Origin: a virus | Length of the DNA: 35,532 nt | IMG/VR virus record: IMGVR_UViG_3300040801_002731 | Coordinates: 70,972 to 106,503 of that record | Direction: 5' to 3' (one strand) | Shown: positions 18,815 through 25,367 of the stretch, in pieces | Layout of the letters: each line of letters opens with the position of its first letter | Numbering within the stretch: position 1 is the stretch's first letter | Translations under genes and position numbers: made by a program | The notes under the pieces: model-generated | The model's database searches: none | What the model was told of the DNA's origin: nothing | The model's input: only the letters and a program-made list of their open reading frames with translations

Positions 18815-18995
18815 CGAAAGTCTCTCCGCGGAAGTTCTCTGTGATGAACCTGCACGCCTCGTTGAAATCGAGGGTTTCTCCGCGCGTCTCGAAGTTCTCG
18901 CCAACGGCGCAGGTCACACAGTGATAGGTGCCGATCAGTGCGCATTCGTTACAGTCATCGAACTTGCCACGGCGAAGCCGGCGAGGTTCAGTCAT
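18807..18995 (-). CDS. Small Cys-rich (Zn-binding-like) protein
   Basis: CNEC...CVTC, 62 aa, overlaps both ParB-like genes. Confidence 0.6.
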   Translation of the reverse strand: MTEPRRLRRGKFDDCNECALIGTYHCVTCAVGENFETRGETLDFNEACRFITENFRGETFDE

Positions 18996-19005
18996 TTTTG
19001 ATTGA
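18988..19005. promoter_or_regulatory. Operator copy inside a stop/start gene overlap
   Basis: TCAGTCATTTTTGATTGA. Confidence 0.7.
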
Positions 19006-19656
19006 TCCCATCAGAAGATAAACCAGAGCGTCGCCGGCATTTGTCAGCTCGTCCGCTTCGGTCAGTCCCTGCTCGGTCTGCGTCTTTTTGATCAGCGCCG
19101 ATACCCGCTCAGCGTCTCCCAACGAGACCTTAAAACGCATGATGGTATGCGTCTTCGGCGTCTTCTCGGGCTTTTCGTCCGGGAGATTGACGTCATCCGG
19201 TGTCGAATTTTCTTCGTAATCCAGCGCGTCAACGTCTATATCAACAGAAGCGAAAATCGCGTGCAGGTCTGTTTCGGTGAACGGCAAAAACGACGCCAGA
19301 TCGTGTTCTTCGGTGTTCAAACTTTCCAGAAGGCCAGCGAGGCCGACAACATCGTCTGTGCCATAACGCGCGTTGTCTGCCAGGCTGATTTCCTTGGCGC
19401 GGGCGTCGTCTATTTTGCCGACGCAAATGACCGGCACCGGATTGATGCCCAGTCGAACGGCGCTGTCACGACGATGCTCGCCGCCCAGGATCTCATAAGT
19501 GCCGTCATCGAGGCTTCGGACGACGATAGGCTTGAACATGCCCATGCGCCGGATCGCGGCGTCGAGCTTGACCTGGTTTTCCGGGCTGACGTGATTGGTG
19601 TTCCAAGGGTTCGGCTTCAGAGCCGAAGGGTCGATGGTGAACTGTGTTGGGGTCAT
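18988..19656 (-). CDS. Second ParB/Srx N-terminal domain protein
   Basis: LKPNPWNTN...GMFKPIVVR...YEILGGEHRR...LADNARYG; RHH-like C-terminal segment. Confidence 0.9.
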   Translation of the reverse strand: MTPTQFTIDPSALKPNPWNTNHVSPENQVKLDAAIRRMGMFKPIVVRSLDDGTYEILGGEHRRDSAVRLGINPVPVICVGKIDDARAKEISLADNARYGTDDVVGLAGLLESLNTEEHDLASFLPFTETDLHAIFASVDIDVDALDYEENSTPDDVNLPDEKPEKTPKTHTIMRFKVSLGDAERVSALIKKTQTEQGLTEADELTNAGDALVYLLMGSIKND

Positions 19657-19668
19657 CTGGGTTGCCCA

Positions 19669-19686
19669 TCAATCAAAATTGATTTA
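19669..19686. promoter_or_regulatory. Operator copy in the divergent ParB-like/helicase intergenic region
   Basis: TCAATCAAAATTGATTTA. Confidence 0.75.
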
Positions 19687-19724
19687 TTGATAGCCGATGC
19701 GGATCCGAAATTCAAGAGGCAAGA

Positions 19725-21239
19725 ATGGCGCAAACATTGACACTGGCGACGTCCTGCGTTGGCGCGCAGGTTCTGAATGCCGACAGGGATGCGAAGCTGT
19801 TTCTGAGCGGGCTGCTGTCCTATGCGGTCGAAGGTGCCGAGTATTCGGCCGCGTTCAAGTCCGGCGGTTGGGACGGTCGCTCCAGCTTCTTTCAGTGGAA
19901 CACGGGTCGTTTCCCGGCCGGGTTCGCCATGTCGGTTCACGACGCCCTGATCGCCAAGGGCTACAAGGTGCATCTGGTGCGCAAAGCCGTGCCGGCGCCG
20001 CGCGGCCCGGAGGACTTTCACCTGTTCGGCGGTCGCGGCACCGATCCGCGCTACGACTACCAGCCCGAGGTGGTTCGGCAGCTCATCAAGCACCGTGCCG
20101 GCATTGCTCGCGTGGCGACCGGTGGAGGCAAGAGCTGGGTTGCCACTCTTGCGATACACCGCATCCGGCGCATGACGCTGTTTCTCACCACGCGCGGCGT
20201 GCTGATGTATCAGATGGCCGACAATCTGACCGAAGCAGGCTTCAACGTCGGCATCATGGGTGACGGCGAGTTCCGGCCGCGGGCCATCAACTGCGCAATG
20301 GTGCAGACCCTGACCGCTCGGCTGCGCGAGCCTGAGCCCGACGACATGAGCGAGGCCGCTCAGCGCCAGCGGCTCATTCGCCGGCAGACCATCAAGCTCT
20401 TGGAGATGGTCGAGTTCGTCATTGGCGAGGAGGCACACGAGGCGGGCGGCGCCAGCTATTTCGAGATCCTGAAGCACTGCAAGAATGCCCACTACCGGCT
20501 CGCCCTGACGGCGACCCCCTTTATGCGCCCGGACGCCGAAGCCAACATGCGCCTGATGGCCGCATTCGGCAGCATCATCGCTGAGGTCAGCGAGAAGATG
20601 CTGATCGACCGGGGTATCCTGGCAACGCCCTACTTCAAGCTGATCACGCCCGAATGTCCGAAGGGGCTGCGCAAGGGCACTTCCTGGCAGCGGGCCTACA
20701 AGGTGGGTATCGTGGAGAGCGTGCCGCGCAACCGGATCATCGTGGAGGAGACGGCCCGGGCGGTGAAGCTGGGGCTGCCGGTGATGGTTCTGGTGCAGCA
20801 CAAGGCACATGGCCGACTGCTGGAAGACCTGATGAAGCAGGCCGGAATCAAGGCCCGGTTCATCTTTGGCGAGCACGATAAGGACGCGCGTCAGGCCGCG
20901 CTGAACGCTCTCAAGGAGGGTCGCATCCAGTGTCTGATCGGCTCCACCATTCTCGATGTCGGCGTTGACGTGCCGGCCGTCGGCATGGTCATTCTGGCTG
21001 GCGGCGGCAAGGCCGAGATCGCGCTACGCCAGCGCATCGGTCGCGGTCTGCGCGCCAAGAAGGCCGGCCCCAACGTCGCCTTCATCGTCGACTTCAACGA
21101 CGTTCACAACGGCCACCTGCGCGATCACTCGCGCGAGCGTCGGGCGATCCTGGAGAACACGCCCGGCTTCGCGGAGCGCATTCTTCCGTCAGGTGCCGAT
21201 TTTGACTTCAAGGGCCTTGGCTTCGCCCTGGCCGCATAG
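19725..21239 (+). CDS. Superfamily 2 DExH-type helicase
   Basis: ATGGGKS, EEAH, LTATP, ILDVGVDVP and QRIGRGLR motifs. Confidence 0.93.
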   Translation: MAQTLTLATSCVGAQVLNADRDAKLFLSGLLSYAVEGAEYSAAFKSGGWDGRSSFFQWNTGRFPAGFAMSVHDALIAKGYKVHLVRKAVPAPRGPEDFHLFGGRGTDPRYDYQPEVVRQLIKHRAGIARVATGGGKSWVATLAIHRIRRMTLFLTTRGVLMYQMADNLTEAGFNVGIMGDGEFRPRAINCAMVQTLTARLREPEPDDMSEAAQRQRLIRRQTIKLLEMVEFVIGEEAHEAGGASYFEILKHCKNAHYRLALTATPFMRPDAEANMRLMAAFGSIIAEVSEKMLIDRGILATPYFKLITPECPKGLRKGTSWQRAYKVGIVESVPRNRIIVEETARAVKLGLPVMVLVQHKAHGRLLEDLMKQAGIKARFIFGEHDKDARQAALNALKEGRIQCLIGSTILDVGVDVPAVGMVILAGGGKAEIALRQRIGRGLRAKKAGPNVAFIVDFNDVHNGHLRDHSRERRAILENTPGFAERILPSGADFDFKGLGFALAA

Positions 21240-21252
21240 GAGAGCTATCTTG

Positions 21253-21435
21253 ATGTCCGATGATTTCGTTCATCTGTTCGACGAAGACGGTGTGCCGGCC
21301 CTGCGCCGGCGTCACCTGGAGCGGGAGAACGCCCGACTGACGGCCGAGGTTGCCAAGCTGCAACGGCTGCTCCAGGCCCAGGATCGCCAGATTAAGGCGT
21401 TGCAGACGCAGGACAGCGCCCCAATTCGTCACTGA
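21253..21435 (+). CDS. Small coiled-coil hypothetical protein, 60 aa
   Basis: GGAG RBS; MSDDFVHLF...LERENARLTAEVAKLQRLL. Confidence 0.6.
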   Translation: MSDDFVHLFDEDGVPALRRRHLERENARLTAEVAKLQRLLQAQDRQIKALQTQDSAPIRH

Positions 21436-21462
21436 GGCGCCGCAGGTGCTGAATTTTCCGCC

Positions 21463-21498
21463 TTGACACATTCTCGGAAATCAATCAATTTTGACTGA
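21463..21498 (+). promoter_or_regulatory. Promoter (TTGACA at 21463) with operator 21481-21498 over the -10 region
   Basis: Perfect -35 followed by TCAATCAATTTTGACTGA. Confidence 0.7.
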
Positions 21499-21524
21499 CT
21501 TTCATAGCCAAAAAGGAAGAAAGT

Positions 21525-21698
21525 ATGGCACGCCAACAGGTCACGGTCAGCGACAGCATTCATCTGATGCTGAAGCGTATGGCGGCCTTGGAAGGCGTCA
21601 AGATGAACGATCTGATTTGGACGATGATCAAGACGCGCCTCGCCACCTATCAACCCCACGTTCGCCAATCCGTTATCGAAGGAATCAAGACGAAATGA
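21525..21698 (+). CDS. Ribbon-helix-helix-like protein 1, 57 aa (not in ORF track)
   Basis: AAGGA RBS; MARQQVTVSDSIHLMLKRMAALEGVKMNDLIWTMIKTRL...; ATGA overlap with the next gene. Confidence 0.75.
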   Translation: MARQQVTVSDSIHLMLKRMAALEGVKMNDLIWTMIKTRLATYQPHVRQSVIEGIKTK

Positions 21699-21883
21699 GC
21701 GAAAACAACAAGCCCACCAGCACCACCGTCAGCATTGCCGCCCCGCTGGCGAAGCAGCTTCGCGCCCTGGCGACCCTGAAGGGTATCAAGCCGTCCGCAA
21801 TCGTTGAGGAGGCGATCCGGCGCGAAGTGGCTCAGCAGCCGGAACACGTCAAGCTGACCCTGCGCGATCTGGGAGCCATCTGA
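21695..21883 (+). CDS. Ribbon-helix-helix-like protein 2, 62 aa
   Basis: TTVSIAAPLAKQLRALATLKGIKPSAIVEEAIRR, a CopG/MetJ-like pattern; start re-called to 21695. Confidence 0.78.
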   Translation: MSENNKPTSTTVSIAAPLAKQLRALATLKGIKPSAIVEEAIRREVAQQPEHVKLTLRDLGAI

Positions 21884-22482
21884 TGTTGCCGGACTTCATT
21901 GCCTTTGTGGGGCATCCGAAGTCCGGCAAAACAACCGCCGCCGAGGTGTTTTTGGACACCTTTGGCGGCGAAGTTGTTGATGACGGGCACGTTCTGCGCA
22001 AATTCGCCGTCGAGGAGCTGGGTCTGAGTTGGGATGATGTGCTCAGCCAACACGGCAAAGCCCGGACCACCGAGATTCTGGGCAAGACCTGGACAAACCG
22101 AGAGATCCTCGGCGAGTTCGGCAACGCCCTGGAAGCCCTGTTCGGCGAACACATTCTGCCCTTCATCGCCACTCGGCATCACGTCCCTGGTCAGACCTGG
22201 CTGTTCCCCTCCTGCCGCAAGACGCAGGGCGCCTTCTACCGGCAGCGCGGCGGCATCGTCATTCAGATCGACAACCCACTCGCCGGCCCGTCGGGCAACG
22301 CCTTCGACGAATGGGACCGAACAGAGGTCGACTATGTGATCAACAATGACGGCCTCGCGCGCGACCTGCCTCCGCTTCAGGCTCGCGCGCACTTGCGGGA
22401 TGAGCTGATCGCGGTCGTCGAACAGCACGCCGCCGAAACCGTCTGCAATCAGCTTGCCGGTGCCCTTTGCAATGTTGCGTAG
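21883..22482 (+). CDS. Deoxynucleoside monophosphate kinase-like P-loop protein
   Basis: IAFVGHPKSGKTT, NREIL...G, GGIVIQI and DYVINNDG motifs. Confidence 0.75.
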   Translation: MLPDFIAFVGHPKSGKTTAAEVFLDTFGGEVVDDGHVLRKFAVEELGLSWDDVLSQHGKARTTEILGKTWTNREILGEFGNALEALFGEHILPFIATRHHVPGQTWLFPSCRKTQGAFYRQRGGIVIQIDNPLAGPSGNAFDEWDRTEVDYVINNDGLARDLPPLQARAHLRDELIAVVEQHAAETVCNQLAGALCNVA

Positions 22483-22492
22483 AAAGCACACC

Positions 22493-22606
22493 ATGCGTGA
22501 CCACACACCCAACCCCCTGTTCGACATTCTGACCGCTCTGGCGCTGATCTTCGGTTTTCTCGCCTTCGGTCTGAACCTGATCCGCGGCGGCTTTTTGCCG
22601 TCCTGA
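22493..22606 (+). CDS. Small single-pass membrane peptide, 37 aa (not in ORF track)
   Basis: MRDHTPNPLFDILTALALIFGFLAFGLNLIRGGFLPS fills the gap after the kinase gene. Confidence 0.5.
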   Translation: MRDHTPNPLFDILTALALIFGFLAFGLNLIRGGFLPS

Positions 22607-22610
22607 TAGA

Positions 22611-22628
22611 TCAATCAGGATTGACTTA
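22611..22628. promoter_or_regulatory. 18-bp palindromic operator copy
   Basis: TCAATCAGGATTGACTTA. Confidence 0.75.
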
Positions 22629-22709
22629 TGCCCCTGTTTCTCATGGTTCCCATCGTCTGGCAGACGGCCGCAACCGTCTTCAACCCCTTCGCTTGGATTC
22701 CGGTGCGTC

Positions 22710-23066
22710 ATGATCGTCAAGGATGACCCAAACGCCGATCCTCGGCTTCGCGTGCATCTGCGCACGGCCGGCGTCAAGCACCACCATATCGCCTGGCTGC
22801 GTCGGGACGCCGCTCAATGCTTCGACTGCCTGCCCATCGACGTTCCGGCGCCGGGCGGCATGATCAGTCTGCCGGTGGTCATGGACGGCATCACCATTGG
22901 TGATGCCGCTGCCAAGGCCATTCGCCACCCCTGGCCGTTCTACGCGCGTGTTGAGGAGCTTCGCTCCCACGGCGTCTGGATCGCCTCTTGGCCGATCGCC
23001 CTTGTCGATATCGAAAACCTGGCTGGCTTGTTGTGGTCGGGTGAGACCGAGGCGGTTCGTCGATGA
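22710..23066 (+). CDS. Hypothetical protein
   Basis: 118 aa, ATGA-coupled to the next gene. Confidence 0.55.
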   Translation: MIVKDDPNADPRLRVHLRTAGVKHHHIAWLRRDAAQCFDCLPIDVPAPGGMISLPVVMDGITIGDAAAKAIRHPWPFYARVEELRSHGVWIASWPIALVDIENLAGLLWSGETEAVRR

Positions 23067-23461
23067 AGGCGCTCAACCCCGCAGTCGACGGCACGCAGGT
23101 CTGGTTGCGCGAGGGCAAGAAGGAGCGCCTGGTCGGTATCCTCGACATCGGCAACCCCAACATCCGGCAAATGCCGAACCTAACCCTTGTCGATCTTCCG
23201 CAGGCCATGACCGGCTCGCACGACACCATCAACACCTTCGACGTGCCCCTGTCCGGCAGACAGGTCGGCGTCTCTCTTGAGGCCCTTTACTCCTCTCGCC
23301 GGCCCACTCTCGATCTGCTCATGGACGCCGGCGCGCCTGCCTACGCGACGGTCCAGGAGGATCTCACACATGGCGTCATCTGCGCCAGGTGGCGGGTGGC
23401 CGAGGTGGATGTGGACCTCTACGAGCGACTGTTTGATCTCGAACAATTCGTCCCGGTCTGA
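23063..23461 (+). CDS. Hypothetical protein
   Basis: 132 aa, GAGG RBS, operon spacing. Confidence 0.6.
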   Translation: MKALNPAVDGTQVWLREGKKERLVGILDIGNPNIRQMPNLTLVDLPQAMTGSHDTINTFDVPLSGRQVGVSLEALYSSRRPTLDLLMDAGAPAYATVQEDLTHGVICARWRVAEVDVDLYERLFDLEQFVPV

Positions 23462-23463
23462 TC

Positions 23464-23913
23464 ATGCCCGGTCTCTTTCCCGATCGCTTCAACGACGAGT
23501 TCCAGACCTTCATGATCGGCACCAAGCTCGGTGAAGGTGTCGACCGCGAGGTCTACGTTTTTCGCGGCGACACCACCAAGGTCATCAAGATCGAGAAACC
23601 CGGCGTCGAGTTCTCCAACGTGGAGGAATGGACCGTCTGGCATGAGGCTCTACACGCGGACGTTCAGGACTGGTTCGCGCCCTGCTACGGCATCTCCGAG
23701 GGCGGCCGGTTTCTGATTCAGGCCCGCACCAAGCCCATCGAGCGACTGCCCGACAAGCTCCCCAGCTTCATGACCGACATCAAGCGCGAGAACTTTGGCC
23801 GGCTACCTGACGGTCGCATCGTCGCGCACGACTACTCCCGCCATCAGCTCTACACGCGCGGCTTTGCCAACTGGCGGCTGAAAAAGGTCGCCAAGGTCGA
23901 TCACGAGCGTTAA
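23464..23913 (+). CDS. Minimal protein-kinase-like protein
   Basis: LGEGVDREVY (Gly loop), KVIKIE, NVEE, DIKRENFG (catalytic loop), AHDY. Confidence 0.7.
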   Translation: MPGLFPDRFNDEFQTFMIGTKLGEGVDREVYVFRGDTTKVIKIEKPGVEFSNVEEWTVWHEALHADVQDWFAPCYGISEGGRFLIQARTKPIERLPDKLPSFMTDIKRENFGRLPDGRIVAHDYSRHQLYTRGFANWRLKKVAKVDHER

Positions 23914-23992
23914 ACACTCAGACGCGATTCATTGGACATCGCCGGATCGCTGGATCTATCCTGAGCGAACCCGCCATCTAGCGAGTTCGCCC

Positions 23993-24658
23993 ATGAACGC
24001 CATCATCCTTGCTGCCGTTTCGCAAAAGGGCGGTGTCGGCAAAAGCACCGTCGCCCGCCTTCTCTCCACCGTCTACGCCGGCGCCGGCTGGGATGTGAAA
24101 CTGGCCGATCTGAACCTCAAGCAGAAGACCGCCGTCAACTGGGTGGCGGATCGTCTGCACGAGGGTATCACGCCAGAGATCACGGCCGAGCCTTTCGGCA
24201 CCGTCAAAAAGGCCCTGCGTCTCGCTGCGCAGTATGACGCCATGATCTTCGACGGCGCCCCGGACTCCCACGCTACCACACTTGAGATCGCCAAGGCCGC
24301 GCACGCCGTCTTCATTCCCACAGGCGTCACCAAGGACGACCTGATGCCCCAGGTGCTGCTCGCGCACGAGCTGACTGGCGATCACGGCATCGCGGTCGAG
24401 CGCATTCTGTTCGTGCTGAACAAGACCCTGGACAGCCAGGTCTCGGTCGACGAGGCGCGCACCTACGTCGAGCGGGCGGGCTACGCCTGCTCCAGCAATC
24501 ACCTGAAGATGTCCACCGGCTATCAGCGCGCACAGAACATCGGCCGCTCGGTCGCCGAGACCGAATACCCCACGCTCAATCAGGCGGCCGACCGGCTCGC
24601 GCAAGAGATGGTCGACTTCATTGAGCTGCGCGTCGGACTGAAGAAGGAGACGGCGTGA
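23993..24658 (+). CDS. parA: ParA family partition ATPase (short type Ib)
   Basis: Deviant Walker A QKGGVGKST, LADL, IFDGAP; no N-terminal HTH. Confidence 0.93.
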   Translation: MNAIILAAVSQKGGVGKSTVARLLSTVYAGAGWDVKLADLNLKQKTAVNWVADRLHEGITPEITAEPFGTVKKALRLAAQYDAMIFDGAPDSHATTLEIAKAAHAVFIPTGVTKDDLMPQVLLAHELTGDHGIAVERILFVLNKTLDSQVSVDEARTYVERAGYACSSNHLKMSTGYQRAQNIGRSVAETEYPTLNQAADRLAQEMVDFIELRVGLKKETA

Positions 24659-24900
24659 TGGCCGAGGTCAGCAAACCCATGCGGCGCAATCAGGTTGGAC
24701 GGCTCTCCGATCAGATGCCGCCGCCCCAGGACAACGCCCCCGGCAATCTGGCTGCGGCCGGCACGCGCGATCTGAACTTCAAGGTTGACCCGGACTTCCG
24801 GCGCCGGTTCAAGATGGAGGCGGTCACGCGCGACATGACCCAGGTGGATCTGCTGCGCGCGGCGTTCGAGCATTACATCAACACGAAGCCGCAGGACTGA
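24655..24900 (+). CDS. ParG-like RHH centromere-binding protein
   Basis: Flexible N-terminus followed by DLNFKVDPDFRRRFKMEAVTRDMTQVDLLRAAF; coupled to parA. Confidence 0.8.
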   Translation: MMAEVSKPMRRNQVGRLSDQMPPPQDNAPGNLAAAGTRDLNFKVDPDFRRRFKMEAVTRDMTQVDLLRAAFEHYINTKPQD

Positions 24901-24903
24901 CCG

Positions 24904-25116
24904 ATGGGCAACGCCTGGATCATCGACCTGAAGAAGAACACCGTTCGACACGCCAACGGGTTGACCGTCCGGTTCTATGTCGACGCTGTGCCGGACGCCG
25001 GGTTCGAGATCGCAGGTCGACCTGTTGGTCCGATGCCGCTGCACGTTCCTTACGAGGACATCCAGCGGCTGATCAACGAAGCCGGCGACGCCTATCTGAA
25101 CGCGCTCCTGCGCTGA
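24904..25116 (+). CDS. Hypothetical protein
   Basis: 70 aa, AGGA RBS, 3 nt after the previous stop. Confidence 0.6.
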   Translation: MGNAWIIDLKKNTVRHANGLTVRFYVDAVPDAGFEIAGRPVGPMPLHVPYEDIQRLINEAGDAYLNALLR

Positions 25117-25121
25117 ACAAA

Positions 25122-25207
25122 TCCGGGTGGCGGGAGTCGAACCCGCACACTCTCTTTGAGCATCCGATTTTTAAGATCGGCGCGTCTACCAATTCCGCCA
25201 CACCCGG
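25122..25207 (-). tRNA. tRNA-Leu(UAA), no encoded CCA
   Basis: Acceptor stem CCGGGTG/CACCCGG plus discriminator A; D-arm GCG-GAATTGGTAGA-CGC; anticodon arm CCGAT-CTTAAAA-ATCGG; long variable arm; T-arm GCGGG-TTCGACT-CCCGC. Confidence 0.93.
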
Positions 25208-25367
25208 CCGATTGCTCAAGCCTAACCCGTCGAGGTTTGCACGACGGATTGCGAGATCGTGTCTGATTCCGGCCACAGATACGATACCGGCCTCGCTGGA
25301 AACAAGAGGTTGGCCGAATTGGGCGATTGGGACGCTAATTAGGCGAATCTAACGGGGACGACTTACC

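Noticed and set aside
18149-19656. ParB-like genes as the partition partners of ParA
   Set aside because: They lack an evident central HTH and lie in another operon; parA has its own coupled ParG-like RHH gene.
4296-21239. Other long opposite-strand ORFs (e.g. 4296..5333, 8406..9737, 10606..11685, 12593..13942, 19653..20876)
   Set aside because: Antisense shadows of real high-GC genes.
25122-25207. tRNA as a prophage attachment site
   Set aside because: No duplicated 3' fragment and no integrase in the window; phage-like DNA with the same operator lies on both sides.
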